Positions 16,818 to 25,804 of a stretch of 64,000 nucleotides of DNA are shown piece after piece (position 1 is the first letter of the stretch; every line of letters starts with the position of its first letter). The DNA comes from a virus (lineage: Duplodnaviria > Caudoviricetes), in IMG/VR virus record IMGVR_UViG_3300016649_000097, positions 22,585 through 86,584 of that record, one strand, 5' to 3'. The translations under genes and the position numbers were made by a program. A model generated the notes under the pieces. It worked only from the letters and a program-made list of their open reading frames with translations, searched no databases and was not told the DNA's origin.

Positions 16818-17261
16818 GTGGTTAATACATTCTTGCCCTATCCCGACTTTGTTAAGTCGGCTCAATCGCTGGATTACAAAAGACTTGGTAAGCAACGAGT
16901 AGAAGCGTGGCAAATACTTCGTGCGCTTCGTGGCGAAACTAAAGGTTGGCGTAATCACCCTGCCACTAACTTGTGGCGTGGTCACGAGAAGTTACTTTGT
17001 GAATACGGAATTGCTATCTGTGATGAATGGATTGCTCGTGGTTACAAAGACACTATGCGCGAAAGATTTATCGCGTTACATTCTTTGCTTCCTGATTGTG
17101 AAGTGCCTAGTTGGTTTGGAAGTGGCTTCTTCCACACTTCGCACATGAGTAATCTAAAACGCAAAGACCCGACTTACTATCAGTTTAATGTTGCTGACAA
17201 TCTTCCTTATGTTTGGTTTAACAACGAAACAAAGGAACTTTATGTAAAGGAAACAAAGTGA
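16818..17261 (+). CDS. Pyrimidine-dimer DNA glycosylase-like protein (MSMEG_6728/DenV-related)
   Basis: NTFLPYPDF..LDYKRLGKQRVEAWQIL..WRNHPA..LWRG..HMSNLKRKDP; GTG 16818 after AGGAG. Confidence 0.85.
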   Translation: MVNTFLPYPDFVKSAQSLDYKRLGKQRVEAWQILRALRGETKGWRNHPATNLWRGHEKLLCEYGIAICDEWIARGYKDTMRERFIALHSLLPDCEVPSWFGSGFFHTSHMSNLKRKDPTYYQFNVADNLPYVWFNNETKELYVKETK

Positions 17262-17476
17262 GTGAATCAGAATGGCTAACGAACGACCAAGTAAGCGAGT
17301 TGTTAGGATTGAAGTATTCAACTCTTTACACTTATCGAAAAAGAAACACCCTTCCCGAACCGGATACATATATCGGAAGAACTCCGGTGTGGAAAAGAAA
17401 AACAATAGAAGATTGGAAACTCAATCGAAAAGAAATTGAATTGGTTGATGAAACTGATTCAGTAACTAACACATAG
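17258..17476 (+). CDS. xis: AlpA/MerR-like HTH, probable excisionase/RDF
   Basis: WLTNDQVSELLGLKYSTLYTY..LPEPD..GRTPVW; directly upstream of the integrase. Confidence 0.7.
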   Translation: MSESEWLTNDQVSELLGLKYSTLYTYRKRNTLPEPDTYIGRTPVWKRKTIEDWKLNRKEIELVDETDSVTNT

Positions 17477-17518
17477 CGGAATTGCGAACTCTCTTCTAAG
17501 TCACTTAGTCACTATGTG

Positions 17519-17552
17519 AGCCCTCATTCTCAATCGGGAATGGGGGCTTTTT
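17519..17552 (+). terminator. Intrinsic terminator
   Basis: 13-bp hairpin AGCCCTCATTCTC/GGGAATGGGGGCT (with G-U pairs) then T-run. Confidence 0.8.
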
Positions 17553-17556
17553 CATG

Positions 17557-17667
17557 CCCTCTAAGTTACTCATCAGTAGAGGGGGCTTCGATTTGCGCTA
17601 CAAGTTACCGACCCCTACCCTTCGGTAACTTACTCGTGAGTAACCTACTCATGAGTAGAGGGGGCTT
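17557..17667. repeat. att-like repeat cluster upstream of the integrase
   Basis: 22-bp direct repeat TACTCAT(C/G)AGTAGAGGGGGCTT at 17567 and 17646; 10-bp IR 17602-11/17622-31; palindrome TACTCATGAGTA. Confidence 0.7.
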
Positions 17668-17669
17668 TA

Positions 17670-18947
17670 GTGGCTTATGTGGTCAAGCGTGGCGCACGCT
17701 TTACAGGCTATTACCGGAAGGGTTCTAAACGGCTTTCTGCTGGCACATGGGGCTCTTATAGTGAGGCTCAGTATCACGCGCTACGGCTAGAGAATGGGGG
17801 CTCTGAGAGCCCTTCTAGGGCTAATTTGACCCTCTCTGAGTATGCCGATAAATGGCTTCTAGGGGCAGAATTAGCACCTATCACGAAGAAGGGGTATGAA
17901 TCCCTTTGGAAGAGGTATCTCGACCCTCAAATCGGCTATAAACGCGTTTCTGAGGTATCCACGCTCGAAGTCCGGCAACTCTTGGTCGAACTAAAGGCAC
18001 AAAAGGTAGGAAACGCCACAATCGCCCAAATCAGGGCAATCTTGGGCTCTCTGTATAAATGGCTCATAGAGGCTCAAATCACCCAAACCAACCCAACTCA
18101 GGGCGTTCGGGTCAAAGTGGGCAAATCGGACATTACTCATGTGGTCGAGCCGGAAGACTTTAAGAAGATAGTTGGTCATCTCCCGTCAGAAGGTGCGAAG
18201 TTACTTGCCAAGTTCCTAGTCGCTTCAGGGGCTCGCTTTGGTGAAGCGATTGAGATTCGATTAAAAGATTTTGATTTCAATACAAAAGAAGTATTTATTC
18301 AGAGGCGAGCAAGTGAGTTAGGCAAGAAGCGTAACAACGGAGAAAGATTCCTGGTTGTAGAAGGCACTAAGTCCGGTTACAAGCGCGTAGTGGTGCTACC
18401 GGAAGCCCTAATACAAGAGATTCAGGCATTTGTCAGGGCTAATCGAATAGGAAAAGAAGAGTTAGTCTTTGAGAAAAGCAAAGTCATACCAAAAGATAAA
18501 CTAAAGAGTTCTCGTGGCACACAAAAGTCTTCACGACCATTCGTGAAAGACGGAAAACTGTTCCAACATGGCACGCTCAGGGCTTACGCAAGTGGGTCTT
18601 GTAGGTGTGACGATTGCAGAGCGATAGTTCGAGAGTATCGAAGGTCGCAAAGAGCAAAGTCATACCAAAAGGGTGAGGTCATACTTGATGAACCGAGTCA
18701 CCTGCCACGAGATACATGGAGAACCATTTGGAACAAAGCAATAGCCAAGTCAGGAATGGGTTGGTATCCAAGAACTCACGACTTACGGCATGCGAACGCA
18801 ACGCAGTTACTCAAAAACGGCGTTGATGTCCATGAAGTAAAGGAGAGATTGGGTCATCAATCCATAAAAACTACCGAACGCTATTTACACCGCGTTCGAC
18901 ACCAGAAGTCAAAGGCAAGTGAAGTAGTCAATGACTTTCTGGGCTAG
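17670..18947 (+). CDS. int: Tyrosine recombinase/integrase
   Basis: GARFGE (R), TKSG (K), HDLRH (HxxR), LGHQSIKTTERY (H, Y); SAM-like core-binding region. Confidence 0.95.
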   Translation: MAYVVKRGARFTGYYRKGSKRLSAGTWGSYSEAQYHALRLENGGSESPSRANLTLSEYADKWLLGAELAPITKKGYESLWKRYLDPQIGYKRVSEVSTLEVRQLLVELKAQKVGNATIAQIRAILGSLYKWLIEAQITQTNPTQGVRVKVGKSDITHVVEPEDFKKIVGHLPSEGAKLLAKFLVASGARFGEAIEIRLKDFDFNTKEVFIQRRASELGKKRNNGERFLVVEGTKSGYKRVVVLPEALIQEIQAFVRANRIGKEELVFEKSKVIPKDKLKSSRGTQKSSRPFVKDGKLFQHGTLRAYASGSCRCDDCRAIVREYRRSQRAKSYQKGEVILDEPSHLPRDTWRTIWNKAIAKSGMGWYPRTHDLRHANATQLLKNGVDVHEVKERLGHQSIKTTERYLHRVRHQKSKASEVVNDFLG

Positions 18948-19573
18948 GAGAACTGATGAAACTAGAAACACAGAACCGACTAGTGGTGCTTGTCCTATCC
19001 ACCGCCTTCATTTCGGGGGCATTTGGAATAGGTCGAGTAACTCCGGCATTTAGCCCAACTAAAGCCGAAGCACTAGCGATTGAGCAGGAGTCCAGCGACA
19101 AGTTGCTTACCAAGTTCGAGAACGCTCACAAGTTGAGCGACCAAGAACTAATAGCCTTACTGAAAGCAGTAGGGTTCGAAGGCAAAGCACTACGAGAAGC
19201 ATGGGCAATCGCCAAGAAAGAATCAACAGGAAGACCGCTCGCCCATAACCCAAACGCCTCAACAGGCGACAACTCATACGGCTTGTTTCAGATAAACATG
19301 CTAGGAACTTTGGGAGAAGAGCGTCGTGAAAAGTTTGGATTGGAATTCAATGCCGAACTGCTAAATCCTGTGGTCAATGCTCAAGTTGCTTATCACATGA
19401 GCAACGGAGGCAAAGATTGGAGTGCATGGAAGGGGATTACTCAGCGAACCAAAGAATGGATAGCGAAGTTCCCGGAGAGCAAGCCAAAGCCAAAGCAATA
19501 GCAAAAGGCAAAGGCAACAAGTGAATAGCGAAAGCAATAGGTAAAGGCTTAGAAAGCAAAGTCATACCAAAAG
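18477..19573 (+). repeat. Three exact 19-bp direct repeats AGCAAAGTCATACCAAAAG
   Basis: At 18477-18495, 18653-18671 (both inside int) and 19555-19573; AAAGCAATAG also at 18735, 19492, 19531, 19570. Confidence 0.9.
18956..19501 (+). CDS. Exported lysozyme-like lytic transglycosylase
   Basis: N-terminal TM/signal; AIAKKES catalytic Glu; SYGLFQIN; DWSAWKG. Confidence 0.85.
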   Translation: MKLETQNRLVVLVLSTAFISGAFGIGRVTPAFSPTKAEALAIEQESSDKLLTKFENAHKLSDQELIALLKAVGFEGKALREAWAIAKKESTGRPLAHNPNASTGDNSYGLFQINMLGTLGEERREKFGLEFNAELLNPVVNAQVAYHMSNGGKDWSAWKGITQRTKEWIAKFPESKPKPKQ

Positions 19574-19587
19574 CAATAGCAAAAGAG

Positions 19588-19619
19588 AAAGCCCCCTAAT
19601 TTGAGTTAGGGGGTTTTTT
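19588..19619. terminator. Intrinsic terminator (possibly bidirectional)
   Basis: AAA-GCCCCCTAA/TTAGGGGGT-TTTTT. Confidence 0.85.
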
Positions 19620-19646
19620 CTACTATCGTTTATTTAGGAGGGTCAT

Positions 19647-19889
19647 ATGACACACGAAGAATTGTTAGAAAAGATACGAGTATTTTTAGTTGCCACAGAA
19701 CTTCAATCTATGGATGAGAACTTTGAAGGCACTAAAATGCTAAAAGCCCTTCATTCGGTAGTGGAGTTACATAAGCCTTGTGATTGTGATGAGGCGCATT
19801 GCGATTACTGTACTGACCTTGGCAATTTGTTTTCTAATCAGTCTTACCCTTGTCCAACTATTAAGGCTATTGAGAAGGAATTGATGTAA
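19647..19889 (+). CDS. Hypothetical protein
   Basis: AGGAGG RBS; VELHKP..C..C..YPCPTIKAIEKEL. Confidence 0.7.
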   Translation: MTHEELLEKIRVFLVATELQSMDENFEGTKMLKALHSVVELHKPCDCDEAHCDYCTDLGNLFSNQSYPCPTIKAIEKELM

Positions 19890-20310
19890 CGCAAGTACAA
19901 GTTACACAGTGCTGACGATTCCAAGCACGCTGAGTATTTAGAGAGGGGGTAACGGCTTCAAGATGTTCAGGATTAACACAAAGTTTTTTATTACAGAGAT
20001 GGTCAATGACATGACCTTCGGGAATCTCTCCCTTAACAAGCAGATAAACAACTCTATGAGCGACAGTTGCTTTGCCCTTCCACTTAATGCTTCCATAGCC
20101 AGATTTATGAATAGAACCTGTCCAGATATGGCAACCAGACTCATCAACAGAATGTCTAATAAGTGGATTCATAGCAATAGGGCCAGGTGGTCTGCCATTG
20201 GTAACGCAGGAGACGCACCTAGCCCTACGACCATCAGATTTAACTCTAGGGTCTTTGTAAAACTCTTCAATAGGCTTATCTTGCTTACACTGACGGCACA
20301 ATCTATTCAT
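19867..20310 (-). CDS. HNH homing endonuclease
   Basis: CHIWTG..GYG..AHRVVY..IDHLCNKKLCVNPEHL. Confidence 0.9.
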   Translation of the reverse strand: MNRLCRQCKQDKPIEEFYKDPRVKSDGRRARCVSCVTNGRPPGPIAMNPLIRHSVDESGCHIWTGSIHKSGYGSIKWKGKATVAHRVVYLLVKGEIPEGHVIDHLCNKKLCVNPEHLEAVTPSLNTQRAWNRQHCVTCTCVTSIPSQ

Positions 20311-20331
20311 ACCGTCAGTGTATCGCAAGTA

Positions 20332-22362
20332 TCAGTTGTGCGAGGCTGAAGTGTTCTCCTTAATGAACTTCACTTCGCATGCGTCTGTAACGCAATAACT
20401 TTCTCCAGCAGCGTCTGCTGCCATTCCAGCATAGACTCCACTGAAGTCAATAGGAAAGAGATTCATTGTGGCTTCTAAGTAATCTTCTTCATCTACCTGC
20501 GTGTACGGCATCTGTGGATAGACGTGGTTACCACTTGGCAAAAAGGATACGGTCTTTAACTGACCGTCATACATATGCAAAGCCGTACCAATAGCCGAAG
20601 CCTCAGTCTCAGGGTCAAAACTGATAGTCACACTTACAGAGTTATCTGACCAGTATCTCTGTGCAGTAGCAGCAAGAGCCATCTTCTCGTAAATACTTAC
20701 ATCCTTCTCAGAACGTATAGCGTTTGCCTTTACAGGAAAGAAGACAACAGAAGTCGTATCAGGAGATTCATTTGCGGGCTCAACTTTATATTGCGCCATT
20801 CTAAATAACGGAAGCATTGGGTCATTGTTTGCGAAACGAATTGCACGCAAGAAGTATTGACCACCTACAGACCAGTGAACTCCGGGAGATTCTCCTGCAA
20901 GAATGGAGACTGTTCCACTTGGCTTTACAGTTGTAGTCTTGATTGACTCACGGATACCTAACCATTCAGAGTATGTCTTGTCATATCCCTGGATGACTTG
21001 ATAGCCAGCGTCCATCCACTCACGCAATACAGGCAAACCCTTTGTATCTGCAAAGTTTGCAACGCCAGATATAGAAGTTCCAATGCGCCTATTTCTTTGC
21101 ATTATGGCGTTGGTCTCTTCCCAGTGAGTAGGTAGAAGTGTTACAGTCTTTGCATAGAGGTATGCAAACTTTAGAGTGCGCTTGAAGTCTTCTAAATCTT
21201 CGTGGCGATTTAAGTAAGTCTCAACCAGCGTGCAGCACTCGAATGACTCAAGACTCTGTTCAGCACAGGGGTTGTAGCCAGCCACACGCCAATCCTTGTT
21301 ATTGATTGGGTCAGCAAGACGACCATACTTGCGAGACACATCCATCCAGATGACTCCGGGCTCACCATTACGAGCGATGCCATCAATGATTGGGGTTAAG
21401 TCTTGACCTACCGATACCTCAACCGAGTTGTTGGACATCCAGCCATGAGCCATACGCTCAGGGTGCTTTTCATAGTTCTTAAGATTGAGGAACTCTTCAT
21501 CATCAAGTCGACCCATAAGTAACTCAGCAGAGCGACGCACATTGCCAGAGACAACACAGACACCAATCATGTTGCCAATGTCAGCGATATCTCTGCGAGT
21601 TAACTTCTGACCAGCACGACCCTCAAACAACTCAACAATAAGTGAGTGGAGTTTTACTAACGGCTCTGGACCTGCTGCGGTTCCACCAAAGGTCTTAATT
21701 GGCTCTCCTGCTACACGAATCTTTGCGTAGTCAAATACTGGAAGTTTGGAATCTGGTCGTAGGTATGCATTGATAAGGGTCGCTACTGACTCAACCCAAC
21801 CCTCTCTTGTATCTGGAATCTCATAAAAGTCTCCCTGCTGTGGGGCATAGATTGTGAAGTCTTTGTCTGCGCCCTTGTCATCAAAGCCGACACCAACGCC
21901 CAGCATTGATGCTTCCATTAAGAAAGCGAACGGCTTTGCTGGGTCTGTCTTTGTCATTGAACCAGTTGATACGAATGCACAGTTCTGTAGGGCTGCCGAG
22001 TTCCTTTGTACATTTACAAGAGGCGTACCCATTACCCATAGCCCACGTCCGGGTGGTGTCCACTTCAAATTGAAGAGTCGGTCAAAGGCCTCCTTTGCTG
22101 AGGCTGCTGCCTTGGCGTCAGACCATGGCAAGCGTTGACTCTTGGCGTGGTCCTTCTGTAATGAGTACATGCCATTGATTACGCGTTCGCATACATCAAC
22201 CCATGTCTCTTTACGACCATCTTCCTTTATACGTGAATAGGTACGGAGAAAAGTAATCTCTCCTACCGAGTTCCCTCCAGCATCTCTGTATCCAAACGGA
22301 GCCTTCTTGTCTTTGTACTGAGCGAGAAAGTCTTCAGCCAACTTAAAAGAAAAGTAATTCAT
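20332..22362 (-). CDS. nrdJ: Class II (B12-dependent, monomeric RTPR-type) ribonucleotide reductase
   Basis: TPPGRGLW, QNCAF, SGNVRRSA, GYNPCAEQ..CCTLVE, TTVKPSGT. Confidence 0.95.
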   Translation of the reverse strand: MNYFSFKLAEDFLAQYKDKKAPFGYRDAGGNSVGEITFLRTYSRIKEDGRKETWVDVCERVINGMYSLQKDHAKSQRLPWSDAKAAASAKEAFDRLFNLKWTPPGRGLWVMGTPLVNVQRNSAALQNCAFVSTGSMTKTDPAKPFAFLMEASMLGVGVGFDDKGADKDFTIYAPQQGDFYEIPDTREGWVESVATLINAYLRPDSKLPVFDYAKIRVAGEPIKTFGGTAAGPEPLVKLHSLIVELFEGRAGQKLTRRDIADIGNMIGVCVVSGNVRRSAELLMGRLDDEEFLNLKNYEKHPERMAHGWMSNNSVEVSVGQDLTPIIDGIARNGEPGVIWMDVSRKYGRLADPINNKDWRVAGYNPCAEQSLESFECCTLVETYLNRHEDLEDFKRTLKFAYLYAKTVTLLPTHWEETNAIMQRNRRIGTSISGVANFADTKGLPVLREWMDAGYQVIQGYDKTYSEWLGIRESIKTTTVKPSGTVSILAGESPGVHWSVGGQYFLRAIRFANNDPMLPLFRMAQYKVEPANESPDTTSVVFFPVKANAIRSEKDVSIYEKMALAATAQRYWSDNSVSVTISFDPETEASAIGTALHMYDGQLKTVSFLPSGNHVYPQMPYTQVDEEDYLEATMNLFPIDFSGVYAGMAADAAGESYCVTDACEVKFIKENTSASHN

Positions 22363-22521
22363 TTCCCCTACCATTTCATAAGATTGTCAAATACCCCTAT
22401 AAGGGAGGCATATTGTGATGGGGCGAAACCTATCACGCACTTGTTAATTTAATTTAATACTTTTGCAATCTGTACAGGGTGAACCCTGATTCAGGCCCTG
22501 ATAATTGCTGTTATCAGGTAA

Positions 22522-24024
22522 CTACTCTTCTATTGACTCCGATATAATCTTTGTAACGGTGTCCTCTTTGAGGGTCTCAGGTAACTCTCTCAGTGCTTGA
22601 GCACGGTCTCCAAAGATGGCTGAGAGCACTCCACCAGCGCTCTGTCTCTGAGCAGTAATCTGTATAAACTCTTTATTAGATTCCATTTCCTTGACCTGAT
22701 TGACTAACTTAAATAGCCGGTCAATCTCCTGTGAGACGTTAGGGTCTGCGTATCCACCGTTCATTTCCTCAGCGAAACGCATGAACGCTACACGCTGCCC
22801 CTGCATCTCAATTATGGCTGTGAGCAGGGCTTTTAATTGTTCTTTGGTCTTTACTTCGACAGGAAGATTGAATGCACAAGCATTATCAGGCTTAAAGGCA
22901 GGGCAATTAGCAGCGACAAAGCAAGTATTGCACTGACGAATTGAACCGCTCTGCGTTTGAATGACGGGTACGTCTTTGAGGACATCTCTTCCATTCTCAT
23001 CCGTTTCTACTACAGTCTTCGTATTAAACCCGAAAACAGGAAGATTTCGCATCTCTTCAGGGTCTCGTGGAACCACTCCACTACGCTCCACTTTCCGCCC
23101 TTCTACTCCACTGTTATCAGAAGGTACCCCCATCAATTCCATCAAACCAGACATAAGGGGTGTTTCACTATTATCAGATACTTCGGACTCTTTGCCGCCC
23201 TCGATAATGTGTAAATCGGGTCTTTTCTTATCCATTGACTTCTCCAGTTGTAGGTATGACCACACGGCAACCCTAGTGGCTTCAAGGGTACTATCTTTGA
23301 CAAACTCTGAATAGTCCAGTCCTGCGCTTTCAACAATGGCCTTGTAACGAGGTCTGGCTTGGTCTTTCATCTTCTTTGGATATCTAACTAACTTGGTGCC
23401 ATCCCAGACGATTGTCTCGCCTCTTCTCATGGGCGAAAGCCATGACAATGTGCTGGCTGTAGCAAATGGTATCTGTCTTAGGTTGTCTGGCTTGGCACAT
23501 CCAAGAGCGTGATAGCGGGCTCCATATTGCCTCTCGTAGGCTCTGGTTATACCTGCCAGATTAGTTACCGATTCAATCTCTTCATTAGGTATTGCAACAT
23601 TTTGGAATTGCTCAGAAAGGTCTTTAAGGTTCTTTATCCCATACTCTTGATGCCAGATGACCCATAGTTTAGGGTCGTTACTAAAGAAAGAACGTTGTTG
23701 CTCCACCCATTGTTGGCCCAAAACTTGTGAATCAAACTCTTGAAAGGCTGCGGCTCTATCGGCGTTGTTAACTAGAAACTCTTGATAGTCGGCGGCTAGG
23801 TCTAGTAACTCTTGTTTGGACAGACCGGCCTTGTCCGCTTGTGATGCACCTGACTCAATGTAAACATTTGCAATGTCTTCAAAATGTTCAGATATAAGCC
23901 AAATCTTTGTTTTAGGCAGTCCCCTTTTTCTAAGACCCCAATAGTTGAGACCCATGTTAGTAACTTGAACGCCCTCCAAAAGGGTGCGGTTACTTCCTAC
24001 CTCTGTTCCTGAGAATATGAGCAT
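22522..24024 (-). CDS. Divergent TGT/DpdA-like barrel fused to a Cys-cluster/helical C-terminal domain
   Basis: VYIESGA resembles FLDSGA; HALGC..PFATASTLSW..RRG resembles HGFG..YPFYSVDSTSW; C-terminal CNTC..NCP..C. Confidence 0.45.
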   Translation of the reverse strand: MLIFSGTEVGSNRTLLEGVQVTNMGLNYWGLRKRGLPKTKIWLISEHFEDIANVYIESGASQADKAGLSKQELLDLAADYQEFLVNNADRAAAFQEFDSQVLGQQWVEQQRSFFSNDPKLWVIWHQEYGIKNLKDLSEQFQNVAIPNEEIESVTNLAGITRAYERQYGARYHALGCAKPDNLRQIPFATASTLSWLSPMRRGETIVWDGTKLVRYPKKMKDQARPRYKAIVESAGLDYSEFVKDSTLEATRVAVWSYLQLEKSMDKKRPDLHIIEGGKESEVSDNSETPLMSGLMELMGVPSDNSGVEGRKVERSGVVPRDPEEMRNLPVFGFNTKTVVETDENGRDVLKDVPVIQTQSGSIRQCNTCFVAANCPAFKPDNACAFNLPVEVKTKEQLKALLTAIIEMQGQRVAFMRFAEEMNGGYADPNVSQEIDRLFKLVNQVKEMESNKEFIQITAQRQSAGGVLSAIFGDRAQALRELPETLKEDTVTKIISESIEE

Positions 24025-24509
24025 CAGTCATCCCAAAGGTCTGCGTCTTTTGGCTGTGCTGCAAGTTTAGATTTAGCAATGTTAACGTTTGTAATGGCTG
24101 CTTCTATATCAGACCATTTGCGTACCTTGCTTGGCGCATCGGGACGGTTCTCTATCGGCAAGTAACTTGGGTTACTGACCAGTAACGTAGCAATTCCTTG
24201 TTCCATAACCCATGCACACATAGACGGGTCTGAGTCAACATATAGTTCTACAGGCGCTTTTTTACGACTCAATGTGAACTGCCGTTTCTTTAACTCTTCA
24301 CCAGCCAATTCAACAGAGTTATCGAGCAGGTCATCATAGCCAATGATGCCAAGAGAGTTAAGCCAGTGCTTTGCATCTGCTGACTCGCTCTTTGTAATAA
24401 GAGCAACACGGTGAAAGTTGTTTAATGCGTAATAGACCAGTACTCCCGTTCGGTTTGGTTCTCCAGATTCCGCCCTAAGTACCCCGTCTAATGAAAGGAT
24501 TATATTCAA
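24024..24509 (-). CDS. HAD-fold protein (degenerate motif I)
   Basis: ILSLDGVL; LYVDSDP. Confidence 0.65.
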   Translation of the reverse strand: MNIILSLDGVLRAESGEPNRTGVLVYYALNNFHRVALITKSESADAKHWLNSLGIIGYDDLLDNSVELAGEELKKRQFTLSRKKAPVELYVDSDPSMCAWVMEQGIATLLVSNPSYLPIENRPDAPSKVRKWSDIEAAITNVNIAKSKLAAQPKDADLWDD

Positions 24510-24510
24510 A

Positions 24511-25440
24511 TTACTCCCTTACTCTATAAGTCGCTGCTCTACGAATAAGTGTCTGTGTATCAGGTAACTCTACTCCATAAGTCTCTTCTGCTTGACGACC
24601 CTCATACTCTTTCAAGTAGTCGTGCATCTTACGAAGCGCGGTAACAGTTCCATACTTCTTACCGGCTTGCCAACGATAGTTATAAAAGTCATCATAACCC
24701 TTACCAAATTCACCAAATGCAAGTTTGCGAGAACGATGTATGTCCTCAAATAGCATTGCACCATGCTGTAGTGCCTGTTGAACTTTAAATTCTGCATTGC
24801 GACGTGCTGCATCATTAGGTGCAGCCTGTATCTCAGTTAAAGCACGTGAGTATCTTGTAACTATATCTACAGCCATAGTACGGTCCTGTTGCACAGCCTT
24901 GTCCCATGCAGGATTGCTTGGTGCAGAAGACCTACGTGGAAACACGGTCCATTCATTATGCTTTAAATCATATGCTGCATATGGATGTATAGTTCTAATA
25001 TCAGTAGCACCGGGGTTCACGTAGAAAGTAACTTCAAAGCCACTCCAGTTTGCTGTCTCTGGATGTAGAAGTTCTCTAAAGTCTTCATTGAGCATCTTGC
25101 TAATCTCAACATCAGATAGACCTACATACTCTGGATGTGCTTTGCGGAATTGAATGTAGTCAACGCCAATGAGAACATCTAAGTCACGTGGGTCTGGATG
25201 CGCTGCCCATTGGTAAGAAATAGCAGAGCCTGCAATCCATGCGTGTGCCCAAAGGTCTGGGTGTCGGTATTGCTCATTCAAGAATCCGAACAGAAGTTGC
25301 AGAATGCCGTTACGCACCCAGCCCTTGAGATTAGTACCAGAGAATAGATGCGGGTCTAACTCTTCTTCAGGTTGTGAGAAGTAGGATGTGGCGGAGCGTT
25401 GAATCTCCACTGGTCCTAGCGCATCATCTTGACTGGTCAT
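24511..25440 (-). CDS. Pol-beta-superfamily nucleotidyltransferase
   Basis: IAGSAISY..DLDVLI; EVTFYV. Confidence 0.8.
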   Translation of the reverse strand: MTSQDDALGPVEIQRSATSYFSQPEEELDPHLFSGTNLKGWVRNGILQLLFGFLNEQYRHPDLWAHAWIAGSAISYQWAAHPDPRDLDVLIGVDYIQFRKAHPEYVGLSDVEISKMLNEDFRELLHPETANWSGFEVTFYVNPGATDIRTIHPYAAYDLKHNEWTVFPRRSSAPSNPAWDKAVQQDRTMAVDIVTRYSRALTEIQAAPNDAARRNAEFKVQQALQHGAMLFEDIHRSRKLAFGEFGKGYDDFYNYRWQAGKKYGTVTALRKMHDYLKEYEGRQAEETYGVELPDTQTLIRRAATYRVRE

Positions 25441-25459
25441 AAGCCAAGTCTATGGCTGT

Positions 25460-25804
25460 TTAGGACTTAGGTGTATCTATGCCCCTATCGGACAGAGCAG
25501 ACATCAGTCTTTCCCGTAATTCTTTAGCGGAATCTTGGGGGCGCAAATTCTCAATTACAGTTCTTGCTACCCTATCAGCGAGAATCTGCGAGTCGATATC
25601 GTGGGCTATATCCTTACAAGTTGTATAGATGTCGAAAGAGTTTGCTTTACGAAGGACTGTGTCACTAGGTTCAGCGACCTGTGTGTTCACACTGCCATCT
25701 GTCCCCACGATTACAGTGTAGGCAAACTCAATCTTCTTTTCTTCTGGTCTGCCTAAGTCTTCCCAAGCCTTTTCTTTCTCGATTGGGTCAATCACTGGTT
25801 CCAT
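25460..25804 (-). CDS. Hypothetical protein
   Basis: 114 aa, coupled to the upstream gene. Confidence 0.65.
   Translation of the reverse strand: MEPVIDPIEKEKAWEDLGRPEEKKIEFAYTVIVGTDGSVNTQVAEPSDTVLRKANSFDIYTTCKDIAHDIDSQILADRVARTVIENLRPQDSAKELRERLMSALSDRGIDTPKS

Noticed and set aside
19867-20310. HNH gene as part of an RNR-splitting element
   Set aside because: RNR ORF is intact and the HNH is free-standing downstream, the usual homing-endonuclease arrangement
22363-22521. Cobalamin riboswitch or NrdR box upstream of the class II RNR
   Set aside because: No B12-box or clear NrdR consensus; only short hairpins
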